Part shown: positions 25,263 to 39,975 of the stretch, piece after piece | How the letters are laid out: every line of letters begins with the position of its first letter | Position numbering within the stretch: the first letter of the stretch is position 1 | NCBI RefSeq assembly: GCF_009914755.1 | Contig: NC_060931.1 | Length of the DNA: 64,000 bases | Source of the DNA: the human T2T-CHM13v2.0 reference genome, Homo sapiens | Strand: one strand, 5' to 3' | Program-made: the position numbers and the translations under genes | Notes under the pieces: generated by a model | Told to the model about the DNA's origin: nothing | Databases searched by the model: none | Seen by the model: the letters and a program-made list of their open reading frames with translations, nothing else

Positions 25263-27582
25263 TTAAATCTCTAAGCCCATGTTTGTGTGTTTTCTTATGC
25301 CTGTATTTTTTTTTTATTCTTTCAGGGAAACGTTTTGTTCTGTTAGTCTTGGAGGCCAAGGCTGAGTGGGTTTATCTCTGTGCCCCTCCAGTGACTTCAA
25401 AGAATGCCAAAAGTCTCTCGAGTGTGCCTGTGTGCACACACAGACACACACAAAGTAGGAATCCTTTACCTGGGGGACAGAGATTTCTGTTATTTTTGGT
25501 TGAATCTGACCACTCCCCAAAGCCATTCACTACTCCAGGGGTTTCCATGGTGACATAAGTCAAGTGAAATATTAATGGACTCCTTGCCTATTTAGCTCTT
25601 AGGAATGCCATGGTCTACAGCCCAAACAGCTTGGCTAGACCATTTCTAGATCACTGTGCCCATTGGCTGTTGCCAATGATCCTGGTTGAACGTGTTCACT
25701 AGTTATTTTGAGGTGGCTGTAGAATAGAATGTAATTAAGGAAGTATAGCCTCTTCTGTAATAGAGTCCTGAACAGCTTTATGTTAAAAAAGTGTGCTACT
25801 TCTGCCATGTTACTCTGAAAGATTAAGTCTTAAACAGTTCAGCAGTTTTCAGCCTACTCTAAGCTGCCATGGAGTGTATGGGAAACTATAGGAAAAATTG
25901 GGATTAAGACTCAAAAATCTGGATTAAGAAGGGCAGGCCTTGCATGTGTCCTAGGCTCAGCAAAAGGGTAAGAACTGGGAGTACAGAAAGGCAAAAAGTT
26001 CAAACTGGGACTGGCTCTACTTCTAGGCTGGAATACAAAACTCATTCCCAGGTATGAGAGGGTCCTTGATTTATACCGAGTGAGCAAAGTGAGAAAACGA
26101 TGTAATAATTAATAATACTTTAAATTTTCTTTTTATAGGATTTTTGTTTAATGTGTACCTTTTTATTTATTTCTGCTTTTCCTCCCGAGGCACATCTTCA
26201 CAATGAAATCTTCACAAGCTCAGAACCATCAATTTGCTACACTGTGTTCCTCCAGTGCCCAGTTCACAGGAAGCACTCAAGAGTAGGATCAATTGTTATC
26301 AACCTCTAGCAGATTATTGAATAGATGGTCGTTACATGAAACTGACACTCAGTTCTTCATGGTCCACGATAGTTCTTATATCCAGAAAACGTACTTACAT
26401 TATCAACTCTGACTCCATAAGACAACTTTGCAAAGTCTTGGCTCATAACTATGTAAGCAATAAGATAACTTAGTTTTCATTTCTCACTTGTTACTTACAA
26501 GTAAACAGCCCTGCAGCTCAGCTGAGCTACAGATTAACTACAGGTAATCACTTCAGCGATTCTGCTTTACCCATGCCCAAGATTTTAAAAAAGAACCTGA
26601 CAGATCATTAAATTTTGAGATTTGCTTTTTAAAATGCAGGTTCCATAAAGTTACGCTGTTTTGCTTATATATACAGCAACAAATGCCTTCTTAGATATTT
26701 ACTTTAAAATTCTAGTTTCCTTACCATGTATTAGCCAGATAATCTGTCATTTTTTAAATTCTGAAATTGTACACATATAAATTAATGTACATCTCTATGC
26801 CTGAAAGGTACATTTGGAATTACAACGTGTGTCAAGGTAGAGCAAAATCCCCCAGTCCACTCCTTCCAACCCCCTAGAAATTTACTCTGTTTGGTTTCCT
26901 CTTGATTGTCTTTAATTAACAATAAGTATGTCACATAGGTATCAAATAAAATAAGAAAAAAATAGATAAAAGAGAAGTGATTCAAAATTCAAGTGTTTAA
27001 ACACTTTATGAATCTTCCCGTTGTTCTTGACACATTTTTAAAATTTCATTTTAATTCAGATCATTAGGGATGAAATTCTCCTGAATTGTAGCATTTTATT
27101 CCCTTTGGGAAGAAGGGGCTGAATTTGGCATAATTATACTTGACTATACTGTAAAAGAAACCAGATCTAATATAAGGACATCAATACTTAGTTATTAATT
27201 CATTTGCTTATATTTATATGTCATTTGAAAATGTGTATTAACATACACAATTAAAGGGATATAAAAATGAACATGCCCTCTCCATTTCTTTAAAAGAAAT
27301 CAAGGCTGAATCAAACAGGACTACTGTTCTGAAAGAATACTCAGACTATGAGGTACCTTATTTTCCTTCTTTTACACCTGTCTTTCAGTTGGCTTCAAAA
27401 AATCATGGCTTTTACTGTGTTTCTTTTTTCCTTTATGTCTTCCTTTTGAGGGAAATGAAAAATTGAGAAAGGAAATTATTATTTTATAAGTGGGTGGGTT
27501 TGAATACATCTTTCACAGTCAAATATTTTTCTATGCCTTATGAGCTTAAAAAATAAATTTAGAAAGTTTGATAAACACAGAA

Positions 27583-27719
27583 ATTTTTTATTTTATGTTA
27601 TTTTATGAGATGAGGGCTTGCCATGTTATCCAGGCTGTCCTGGAACTCCTGGGCTCAAGCTATCCTCCTGCTTTCAGCCTCCCAAGTAGCTGGAACTACA
27701 GGTGCATATGACGGCACCT
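27583..27719 (-). mobile_element. FLAM/Alu monomer
   Basis: gagatgagggcttgccatgttatccaggctg...gctggaactacaggtg. Confidence 0.75.
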
Positions 27720-29281
27720 ACTGAGAAATTTTTACTATCAACCTAAAATTTAATAAGTCCTGGTCACAAGTGAGGAATTTTTAATTTGTTATTTAGATTA
27801 TTTTTGTGTCAAGGTAACTTGATCACCTATCAATAATGCTTATAAGAAAATAGATATCTCATCTGTTGCTGTTAGAAAGGAATCTGTCTCTTTCCCCAGT
27901 TCTTGCTTCAATGAGGTTTCCTTGACCCAGAGTCTGGTCCTCACATTTTAGATTCAGCTTTGGGAATTTTGTTCAGGAACTGCATCATACAACCCAAAAG
28001 CAAAAGAGGAAAATGCATAAGCCAGGATACCTAAATGTTCATTTATTTAAACTTGAAAATGTGACTGCAAAAGGAGTCAAGAAGTTTAGTACTCAACACA
28101 TTTCTTCTTTGTAGAAATAACTGCTCAAGAAGATAAATTGTTACCTAACAGTTGATTGATGAATATGAAATCAGAGCAAGAGGGGCTAATTAGAGATTTT
28201 ACTAGCTAGGGCTATTTACCCAAACCATCTATCCAGACTGTAGACATAGAATCACCAGATGGCTAGGATCCTGGTGCAGCTGGTTCCCCTTTTTCCTTAC
28301 CCTGAATGTCATTAAGGATGCATTGCCAAATGCTGCCCCTCTGGCCTGATGACTACACTCCATATTGGTCACCTGCCTTCTTTTTCCTACAGTCTTCCTC
28401 CAGACAGGCACGCCATACAACCGACTACACTTGGGCTCACTGAATGAATCACATTCTTCTGCTGTGCCTCCCAGAGATTTCATCAAAGCACCCGCAGTGG
28501 CCTTCTGGAGGCTCCTCAAACTCTCCACTCAATGTTTCCTGAAAGTGTCGTGTTTCTCACCTCTAGATTGTTATTCTCATCAGTTACATGTGGGTTTCAC
28601 AAATTTATTTCTCAGAATGCAAGTCTGTCTCTTATATCCTCGGGAAACACACCTTTATATCCCAGTTAGTACTGACAAAAATTAAACTAGGGACTGGCCA
28701 AAAACAGTGCCTTTCCTCACTTTAATCTCACTAAAGTAGATAAGACTCAAGTTATTTTGTTCTTGCAATGGCATTGACAAATGTTTGCACCAAAAACCAT
28801 GTTGAAGTTCATTAAGGAAACTGTGATCCAAGATCCAAGGTCAAAAAAACAAATTCATCAATTCAGCACACCACCAACTCACAGGCTAAGCATCTTACTG
28901 CTAATTCATTGATGCTGCCATTTGTCAAGTGCCAAATTGAATTATTGATTTGTCAATAATTTCCTTCCGTTGGTTACTTATATAGTATATTGCAATTCTT
29001 GTTGCTGAAGTCAGCTACACTTTTTCTATTTGAAAAACAATTTCTTGCATTTGGGATTTCAGGTATAGTGATTGTTACAAATATGAAGGACTTGAATTAA
29101 CAGCAAGTTTTCAAGTAAAACTTTACTTATGTATAACTGAATGAGTTCTTAAAGACATTTACTAACAATTTTCCACAAACTAAAAATTTATAAAACAATA
29201 AATAAAATAGACTTTAAAAAAAAGCGTGTCACACAGCTGCTTGTTTTTTGTTTGTTTCTTTGTTTGTTTTTTAGTAGTGAA

Positions 29282-30214
29282 ATGGTGAAAAATCAGACAA
29301 TGGTCACAGAGTTCCTCCTACTGGGATTTCTCCTGGGCCCAAGGATTCAGATGCTCCTCTTTGGGCTCTTCTCCCTGTTCTATGTCTTCACCCTGCTGGG
29401 GAATGGGACCATCCTGGGGCTCATCTCACTGGACTCCAGACTCCACACCCCCATGTACTTCTTCCTCTCACACCTGGCCGTCGTCAACATCGCCTATGCC
29501 TGCAACACAGTGCCCCAGATGCTGGTGAACCTCCTGCATCCAGCCAAGCCCATCTCCTTTGCTGGCTGCATGACATAGACCTTTCTCTTTTTGAGTTTTG
29601 CACATACTGAATGCCTCCTGTTGGTGCTGATGTCCTACGATCGGTACGTGGCCATCTGCCACCCTCTCCGATATTTCATCATCATGACCTGGAAAGTCTG
29701 CATCACTCTGGCCATCACTTCCTGGACATGTGGCTCCCTCCTGGCTATGGTCCATGTGAGCCTCATCCTAAGACTGCCCTTTTGTGGGCCTCGTGAAATC
29801 AACCACTTCTTCTGTGAAATCCTGTCTGTCCTCAGGCTGGCCTGTGCTGATACCTGGCTCAACCAGGTGGTCATCTTTGCAGCCTGCATGTTCATCCTGG
29901 TGGGACCACTCTGCCTGGTGCTGGTCTCCTACTCACACATCCTGGCGGCCATCCTGAGGATCCAGTCTGGGGAGGGCCGCAGAAAGGCCTTCTCCACCTG
30001 CTCCTCCCACCTCTGCGTAGTGGGACTCTTCTTTGGCAGCGCCATCGTCATGTACATGGCCCCTAAGTCCCGCCATCCTGAGGAGCAGCAGAAGGTCCTT
30101 TTTCTATTTTACAGTTCTTTCAACCCGATGCTAAACCCCCTGATTTACAACCTGAGGAATGTAGAGGTCAAGGGTGCCCTGAGGAGAGCACTGTGCAAGG
30201 AAAGTCATTCCTAA
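29282..30214 (+). pseudogene. OR2A9P: OR2A-subfamily pseudogene (OR2A9P/OR2A20P type): 310 codons with one nonsense codon, Q99*
   Basis: MVKNQTMVTEFLLLG, LHTPMYFFLSHL, TAG 29576-29578 (CAG in paralogue), MSYDRYVAICHPL, KAFSTCSSHL, PMLNPLIYNLRN; NAGNAG acceptor 29272-29277. OR2A9P and OR2A20P cannot be distinguished by eye. Confidence 0.85.
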
Positions 30215-30523
30215 GAGGTGTGACATTTGAACTGCCAGCCTCAGTTGTCACGTGGACTCTTGATGCCCAATTATTGCCTCAATCCAGAAAAGTTTACTTC
30301 TCTTTATCTGTGCTTTACTGACAGAAGGGCAAGTCTTCTCTCGTTTTTTGCAGATAAAATTTTAGATGTGTTGCATTCATTGGGTTTCTATGAGATGTGG
30401 TTTTATCAGACAATTTTTTCTTTTATTTCACAATTACTTTAATATCTGTAAAATAAAGAATTATTTTAATTCATTTTCCCAGTCCCAAAAGTTAAATACA
30501 GGCCACTTACTTCTTTAACCAAA

Positions 30524-30891
30524 TGATATAGTTTGGCTCTGTGTCCCCACCCAAATCTCATGTCAAATTGTAATCCCCGCATGTCAGCGGAGGGACCTGG
30601 TGGGAGGTGATTGGATCATGGGGAGGGATTTCCCCCTTGCTGTTCTGTTGATAGTGAACGAGTTCTCACGAAATCTGATGGTTTAAAAGTGCAGCACTTC
30701 TCCCTTTGCTCTCTCTCTCCTGCTGTGCCATGGTAAGACGTGCCTTGCTTCCCCTGTGGCTTCCGCCATGATTGTACCTTTCCTGAGGCCTCTCCAGCCA
30801 TGTGGAACTGTGAGCCAATTAAACTTCTTTTCTTTAGAAATTATCCAGTCCCGGGTAGTTCTTTATGGCAGTGTGAAAGCAGACTAATACA
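30524..30891 (+). mobile_element. MSTA/THE1D-like solo LTR
   Basis: tgatatagtttggctctgtgtcccc...agactaataca; TSD ccaaa/ccgaa. Confidence 0.85.
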
Positions 30892-31145
30892 CCGAACTAT
30901 ATAAACTCACTAACGGCATATGTCATAAGATTTAAAAGAAAATAAAAAGGTTCAGCCAAAGAAGTGATTCCCAAAACCCAGCAGCACACTTGTCCATTCT
31001 CACACAATTGCACTTTCCCTGTTAAATAGAGGGATTTAGTTAGTTGTGTTGCATGCGCTGAGAAATTTTGTGTAAAACTTATTAACTCATGTACAGGAGT
31101 TAACTAGTAGGCTGAGTGAAGGAACAAACTTAAAAGAAGAGATAA

Positions 31146-31455
<310 letters not shown>

Positions 31456-31882
31456 AACATATATAAGGGAAAAGAGAGAAGAGAAGCAAAAGAACACTAC
31501 AGACCGTGTGGGAACAGTGAACAGTGTTTACAAAGTTCAGGGTAAACTCAGTAGCTAGTAGCTGGCAAAGAGGCAAAACTGGGCATTCCCTGTTGAAAAG
31601 GCTGAAAATGAGTATCCAAGAAAACTATTTGGGTTGTTTATGGTTTCTTCAGAAAACATTGAGTGTTGAGCTGTGTATTGTACATATGCACATCTGTCTC
31701 TAAGCGTGATTCTCCAGTGTCTTTTCATCAGCTCTTCCACCTTGGTTAGTCCAGTTGTGGATCATTTCCCTCATTAGAATGTCTTACCCCTGAAAAAGGA
31801 AATTTCACCAGACAGTGTAGGTATGTAGCTAGCTCTTCAACCATGGTGGTGAAGAAATTTTTGCTGAGCCAATCTATTTTCC

Positions 31883-32358
31883 TGTTAAAAGGTAAACTGA
31901 GGCACAATAAAATTTTAAAGAGTTTACTTGAGCAAATAGCAATTCATGAATCAGACAGCTCCAAACTATAAGTGGTTCATGGGCTCCACTAAAGGAATGC
32001 AAGGGGAGGGCTTTTACAGGACAACCACGGAACTAAAGCAAAGAAAATATTTGATTGGTTACCTTTATACAATTGCCTTAGTTGGCCTATACTGCTGGAA
32101 AGTCTTTAGTTATATAACTTAGTTGGCAGCTTCTGAGTGGTTAATCTTAAATTTCATTTTGCTTTAATACAAGTATTTATAAGAAATAGTTCAAGTTAAT
32201 TTTCACTTGTGTTTGCAAATCAGTCTGGGTTAGGTCACTTATGAGGCCTAACTGGCTTTCCCTGCTCCAGGAAAAGTGATTCCATAAGTGACCTAACCCA
32301 GCCTGAATCATCTAAGTGATTCTCCATGTCTGGTTTCCATTTTAATTTTCTTTAACAA
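31883..32358 (-). mobile_element. ERV1-type solo LTR (subfamily uncertain)
   Basis: tgttaaaaggtaaactgaggcacaataaaattttaaagagtttacttgagc...ttctttaaca; absent from the paralogous block near 49.4 kb. Confidence 0.55.
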
Positions 32359-33173
32359 ATCTTCACTACAAATCTAATGGTTAGAGATGAGTCCCCATGC
32401 ATTTTAGGTGGCTTCCCAGAGTGTTACCTATAAATTCTACTTTCTAACCTTCCCTAAGATTAGGATGCCACTTGCTTCCAGAGTCTTTCTCAATTTTACA
32501 AGAGAGCATGTTAATACTTTTTCAGCAAAATAAGTGTATGCCTTTCACTTAGGGGTTAACAAGTACTCCACCCAACTCATTATTATTCCCTGTGGGTGAA
32601 GATACCCAGGCAGAACTTATTAAATGTAAAAACAAAATGAGTTTTTGTAATAATAGCTAACATTTTGACTCACCACTCAATGGCATATGCTACATATTAA
32701 TAGCACTTTACATGGGCCATTTCATTTAGTCATAACAAATCCAGGAAGAAGGTCCTATTGTCACTATTTTATGTATGCACAAACCAGAAAGCAGCAAGTG
32801 TCAGACTTATCCCTAGACAGTCTGGCTCCCAGCCTCTGTACATAGCACATCAATGTAGAATTTTAATATCTATGTTATCAAATAAAGGATAAGGTAAATG
32901 TATCCCAAGGCAGAACTATTAAAAGAAGGAAGCTTTCTTTATAGTCTGATGTATGCCACAGGGAGCTGATCTGTTCTCTCTAAGGCGTGGAGGACCAGAG
33001 ATCATGTATGAGAGGCTGGTTGTCCTGGATGGTGACTCTTATGTGCTGAGTCACATGAAAGCACTGGACTTCTAGACAAATGCAGAACATGAAGAAGATG
33101 AGAATAAAGGTAGTTCTCACTGAGACTGGCTATTTAGTTCAGCTAAGACCCAGAACCAACACACCCATAGTCA

Positions 33174-33206
33174 GTCTCTCTCTCTCTCTTTCTTTCTTTC
33201 TCTCTG

Positions 33207-33250
<44 letters not shown>
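33174..33250 (+). repeat. (CT)n(CA)n compound microsatellite, followed by a MIR (~33253-33490)
   Basis: Seen directly; MIR core aagaaactgaggcacggagagattaagcaacttgccc. Confidence 0.85.
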
Positions 33251-34163
33251 AGAGCTTATTTACTTTGTGCCAGTCACTGCTCTAAGAATTTTACATGTAT
33301 TACCTCAATTAATCCTCAAAATAACACTTTGAGTCAGAAGATAATCAATATCCTACCTTACATATAAAGAAACTGAGGCACGGAGAGATTAAGCAACTTG
33401 CCCGGTACCTCACAGCTAACAATTACCCAGTCCAGGATTGAACTAAGACAATCTGATCCCTGACCCTATAGCCATAACCACTACACAGCACGGCCTCTAT
33501 AGAGCATATCTGTGAATAAAGATCAAAGAACTCGTGACAGTGAAAGAAAACACATAATTAAGACCAAACTATGGATATTCAGCTTTAGATAGAAAGGGGT
33601 ATACATCTTCTAAAGGAAGCAGCTTGACTCTAAACAGAGATGTGAAAAAAGTGGGGGAGTGGTCGCAAGAAAGAACTGTGACTCCAAGGGTCAGGGATGC
33701 ATGGCCGTGAGGACTCTGGGGTTGAGCTGGAGAGTGAAACAGACAACACTGAACGAGAAGACCGACAATGCAGTGTTACAGCAGTGCCTTACCAATTGAT
33801 GAGAACTAAAATGGATGTTTTATAGCATTTTATCTAAAAACAGCCCCAAGAAAAAGGAATTCAGTTTCATTATTGATATTTAAAATGGTTATAATCTTTC
33901 AGGTGGTATTTACCTGAAAGTTTACCTGAGAACATTGCTCAGGTAGGTATCAAATTTCACATCTAAGATGGGGAGCTCCGCAACAGCAGGAATTGGAATC
34001 CATTCATTCATTTATCAGTAACATGAGCACATTGCCTAGCACCTAGTAGGCACTCACTAAGCACTGGCTGCACCAATTCATGCACCTTTAACTATCTGCT
34101 GAGTACTTAGACACAATTGTCAGTGTTAAACTATATTCTGATTTCTGTATTTTAAAAATCCTT

Positions 34164-34548
<385 letters not shown>

Positions 34549-35418
34549 TTAGCACTTGTGTACGAGACAATATGTTAAATGTTTTTGATATAATCCTCAC
34601 ATCAACACTGTGAATTAAGTACTAATAATATCCTCATTTATAGAGGGGAAATTGAGGTTTAGAGAATTAATTAATTTACTCGATGTCAACGAAATATCAA
34701 GTGGTAGAAATAAAACTGTAGTCCAGTCAATCTACTCTACATTAACTGAGAACCATTCTTTTGGAAAGGGCCTATTGATATTTGTATCTTCAGTGGCTAG
34801 ACCAGGCCAGTTTCATAGTAGTTACTCAATAAATGTTGACTAAATAAATAAATGAGTAATCATGTAGTCCACACTTCTATATTTTTAAAAAAGGATCTCC
34901 ATAAAATATGTAATTAAATACAGTGTCAGTCAATTTAATCATGTTTAGCTCCAGATACATTCCGTTTTTGCAAAAGTTTCTTCTGAGATGAATATTAATA
35001 AACTACATCTCATCTGTCAGTGGCCACAGAGAAATTGTAAACACATTCAGAGAGGATATTTCGAGACTAATATAAAAGAAAACTAGGATGATATATATTT
35101 GTTCCTATCATATAGAACAAAGGTTATAGGTCTTTCAAAAAGACTGTCCCAAATTGCCAAACCCTATGGTTATAGTATGACACAACGTGATTGTGCTGGC
35201 ACAGTAGCCATGGAGAGAGTGTTCCCCTCCTCTGTCTTGCCAAAGAGTAGAGCATAAGGCACTGTAATTACTGAAAATGACACGGATGACACCCTGGGAG
35301 TGGAAGTCAGTGCATGCACTACCTTAAATTGGCCCCCATGGTGTCCTTGGTATGTAGAGTGAGCACTGCCATCACTGACCTGTAGGACCATTCTTTACTC
35401 TTTGCTAGGTAATGTAGA

Positions 35419-35580
35419 CCAGTGCTTCTCACATGTCAATGTGTATATTAATCATTCAGGGATCTTGCAAAAATACAGGTTCTGATTCAACAGGTCTAAA
35501 TGAAATAGGCAGAGATTTGCATTTCTTATCATCTCTCATACCTTGCTGATGCTGCGGATCCATAGACCACACTTTGAATA
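35419..35580. mobile_element. MER5-like hAT element
   Basis: cagtgcttctcac...aaatacaggttctgattcaacaggtc...accacactttgaata. Confidence 0.6.
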
Positions 35581-35632
35581 TTAATCATATAGAGATTCAT
35601 TGTTAAATCTATGGTTCCTAAGAAAAAGTGAA

Positions 35633-35970
35633 GGCCAGGCACAATGGCTTACATCTGTAGTTCAGCACTTTGGGAGGCTGAGGCAGGAGGATTGCTTGAG
35701 CCCAGGAGTTTGAGACCAGCCTGGGCAACATAGTGAAACTCTGTCTCTTCAAAAAACTTCAAACATAAAAAAATTAGCCAGGTGAGGTGGCACACGCCTA
35801 TGGTTCCAGCTGCTTGAAAAGCTGAGATGGGAAACTTGCTTGAGCCTAGGAGGTTGAGTTCGCAGTGAGCCATGGTTGCACCACTGTATTCCACCCTAGG
35901 TGACAGAGAAAGACCCTGTCTCAATGGGGGGGGTGGGGGGGGGGAAGAAAAGAAAAGAAAAAAGAAAAAG
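35633..35970 (+). mobile_element. Alu (AluJ-like)
   Basis: Full dimer; G-run within tail. Confidence 0.88.
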
Positions 35971-36246
35971 TGGGAGAAAAACAAGAGTTGGAATGCTGTC
36001 TCACAGCTCTGATGTTTTCCCAGACCATATCAATTTTTCTTACCTTCTTGATGAACTTTGATTAAGAGCCCTGCTTTCATTTGACTTGCTGTTTTGGTTT
36101 TTGTTTACTTTTTTTGACCTGTCTCTGTTTATTCGTTTGTTTTTAATTTTTGTAATCTTGTTGGGTCAAGAGAAGAGGTTCACTACTAGGCACGGCCTGG
36201 TTTGGTCCTCAGATGACTGGCTCAGAGCCAAGACATCTGGATTCTC

Positions 36247-37460
36247 TAAAATATTGAAAAAACCAAAGGTGCTTTTCCTACTCCTTTGCTTATACTCACA
36301 CAGTCACTCAACAATTTACTTCTAACAACAGATACATTGAGGTTTTTCCCCACACACCTAGCAATCTGCAATGGACACCGACTGCATGCCCTAAAAATCA
36401 ATTCAATTCTGACACTATCTACTGGGAGACAGTGTCAGATCCCACAAGCCTGTTCCCCCCACCCAACACTACAGATGGTAATTGCAAGCCTCAGGTTGCG
36501 ACCTGTGCTTCTGTTCAACTGGCTATACATTGGGACTCTCATGACCCCCCTCCTTAGGCTCAATTAATTTGCTAAAGTGGCTCACAGAACTCAGGGAAAC
36601 ACTTTACTTAAGTTTGACCATTTACTACGAAGGATATTACAAAGGATAGAGATGAACATCCAGATGAGAGAGATGCATCTGGTGAGGTATTGGAGAAGGG
36701 GCATGGAGCTTCCATGACCTCTCTGGGCACACCACCCTCCAGGAACCTCCATGTGTTCAGCAATCAAGAAAGTCTGCAAACCCTGTTTGGTTTTCTGTAA
36801 AGCCTTCATTACACAGGCATGATTGATTACATCATTGGCCATTAGTGATCAACTCAAACTTCAGGCCCTCTCCCCTCCCCAGAGGTTGAGGTATAGGCTG
36901 AAAGTCCCAACCCACTAAACATGCCTTTGTTTTTGTAGTAACCAGCCCCTATCCTAAAGTTATTTCAGAGCTCCCTGCCAGCAGTCATCTCATTAGCATA
37001 CCGTCTAAGTCCATTTTGTGTTGCTATAACAGAATATCACAGACTGGGTAATTTATTTAAAATAGAAATTTATTTCTCAGAGTTCTGGAATCTGGGAAGT
37101 CCAATATCAAGGTGTCAGCATCTGCAGAGGGCCTTCTTGCTGCATGGTGAAAGGTGAGAGGATGAGAGAGGGACAAACTTGCTTTTGTAACTAACCCAAT
37201 CTCCACATAACAAATCCACTCCTGAGACAACACCATTAATCCATGCATTAAGTCAGAGTTTTCATGACCTAATCACCTCTTAGAGGTCCCACCTTTCAAC
37301 ACTGTTACATTGGAGATTAAGTTTCCAACTCATGAACTTTGGGGGACACATTCAAACCACAGAACATACAAAAGATACTCTTATCACTCTGGGGATTCCT
37401 AGAGTTTTAGAAACTGTACGCCAAGAAATGGGGACAAAGACCAAATATATATTTCACAAA
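36247..37460 (-). mobile_element. MER21-like LTR with a nested MLT/MST LTR (~37002-37362)
   Basis: ggctcacagaactcagggaaacactttactta (MER21-like); tccattttgtgttgctataacagaatatcacagactgggtaattta...gggacacattcaaaccacag (MaLR). Confidence 0.65.
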
Positions 37461-38299
37461 ATTATGGGTTCCTCTCCCAATTTACCACCTACTCACTGCA
37501 TGACCTTAGAGAAGTCACTTAATTCCTCTGCACATTGGTTTCCCCACATATAAAATGAAATGTCGGACTAGATGATTGTTAAGTTCCTTTTAGTTCTCAA
37601 ATTCTATGCCTTTTTATTAACTTCCTAGAATGTATGTTGTTTTTCTTTTACATAGGAGACAAAATTAAATGGAATTTTTGAGAATAATTTTTGAGAATTA
37701 TTCTCGAACTCCTGAGCCTCACAAATAGTAGGAATTCAAGAGTAACCACAAAATTAATTATTGATTTCAATATATTTATGCTGTATGAACTATGAATGGC
37801 ATAAGACTTGCAGAATAAGGCAAAAGAAGTTTCACATTAACTGTCCTCTCTAAGGAAGTAAAAACAGTTTCATTACCCTATTTGAAAAAGATTAAGAATA
37901 ACTTTTATTCACAGAGTTTCCCAGATCTGTACATTTGTGCTGGCATTGCACAAGTGACATAATAATATTAATTCCTGGCATTTATTGAGTACTTGTTTCA
38001 TATCAAACAATGTTTTACACATATGCATTTATGTCTAATCTAATCTTCATAACAATTGCCAGAGGGAAGTATTACTATTATATACAATTTATACATGAAA
38101 AAAATCAAGGCACAGAGATGTTAAGTACACCTCAGACAGCTAGTAGGTGGCACAGGAGGACTTTTCTTTAGGTGTTCCAAAGGCCAGAGACTATGTCTGT
38201 AACTATTATACTAAGTTATACCAATCTCCTCCAGCCTGGACATATGGAGTCTTTTCTACCCATGATTAAAAGCTTGAGAAAAATGAGCCTGAATTTTTG

Positions 38300-39150
38300 A
38301 CTGGCCTGAAATTTCATCCTAAGAAAGAGGATAGTAATGCAGCTAATATATTTTAACATAGGTGAAAAAACCAAAAGGGTAATACACAAATCCATGAGAA
38401 AAATGGACAAAAATATGTAGATACAGACAACAGAATAAACACAACATACCAATAAATATGACAATGTCATCTATCTCAATCAGGAAATCTACTATAAAAT
38501 GAGATTTTTTTACTCAATAGATTGTGAGGGGAAAATGGTGTTACATGTGATGTTGATGACACTCACACATTGTTGGTGGAGGTATAAATTGGCACACATT
38601 TTGGATTTAAAAAACTGAAATTATTTACCCAACATTTAAAACACGCATACTAATTCTAAGAATCCATTCTACAGAAATACTTACATATGTAACTGCACAA
38701 AGAAATGTGTACATGGATTTGGTATTAAATTGATTTCAAAAATTCAAAAGATCAAGTGTTAATTTTGAAATTACTAAATTATGAAAAATGTTACACAGCT
38801 ATTAAATAGAACAAGTATTATCTAAAATGAGCTGCAATGAAAATAGCTCATCAAATATAGCTAAATGAAAAAAGCAAGTAACATTTTTATAAGACTTTGT
38901 CATTTGTGCAGGGAAATCTCCTAGCTATACATAAATTCGTACACCTGTATATGTGTATGTGAGTACACATGTATGCACATGTGTGTTTACATACATCTGT
39001 ATTTAATTTCGTGATCTGGAATGATGTACATTAAGTAGTCAACAGAAGTTGCTTTAGGCAGAGGAATGAACTAGGAGAAATAAACCCTTCTATGTTTTTC
39101 AATAATATTACAGGAAACACGTATTAATGTTAGAATTTCTAAAAAGCCTT
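38300..39150 (+). mobile_element. Old L1ME-type 3' fragment
   Basis: actcacacattgttggtggaggtataaattggcaca; taattctaagaatccattctacagaaatac. Confidence 0.5.
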
Positions 39151-39585
39151 TTCTCAAAAAACGTCTGGCCCCTTAAGTTCTCAAAACAGTACACATTTCT
39201 CATATATTTTAGTAAAAGCCAAAATTAAGCAATTATTAAAAGCAGTTTAGAATCTTGTTGGATTGTGCTAAATTGTATCAAAGTGTTTCCTCAAAAATAT
39301 CATTTTGTATCACTTACATTATTATTCAATATTGGGCTATGTTTAAGTAAGTTAACCTATATTATTAATTAAAATAGTTTGCATGAGAAACCAAATAGCA
39401 CACAAAATAAACCATGACTCCTCAGACTCTAAGATAACTGCATGACATAAGCAAAAAGTCAGTATTTCATGCCATATGTTGATGCTTTTTAGAATATGAA
39501 TTGATCTCGAGAGCTCCTAATACCTTAGCTTTAGAGTTACTAGCCCTTCCTCATTCCTCTCATCGCCATAGTAATGTTAAATAAT

Positions 39586-39975
39586 GTATTAGGTAGGATA
39601 AACAGCAACAGGTAAACTCCCAAATCACAGTGATTTAACAAAATAAAACTTTACATCTTGCTCATGTAAAGTCCTAGGCAGGGATGACAGACAGCCTTCC
39701 ACTGGTGATGCAGGGACCCAGGCACCTTCCATCGCATGGTCCCGCCATCCTAGAGCCCTGTAGGCCTTCACTTCCAGCCAGTGATGGGAAGGCCAAACAT
39801 GGAGGAGGCATGCCCTCCTCCTCCATGCATGCCCTCCTTCCACTGCAGCCCTGGAAGCTGCACAAATCTCTTCTGCTTGTATACCTTTTGTAAGAACATG
39901 ACCCCACCTAAATATAAGAGGGCTGGGAAATGCAATCCCACACTGGCAGTTAAGTCCAGAGACAATTGTGCAAGG
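39586..39975 (-). mobile_element. Old MLT1-type LTR
   Basis: tgtattaggtagg...cccaaatcacagtgatttaacaaaataaa...aagagggctgggaaatgcaatcc. Confidence 0.55.

Noticed and set aside
29591-30214. 207-aa OR ORF as a separate gene
   Set aside because: TTG-start remainder of the pseudogene after Q99*; lacks TM1-2
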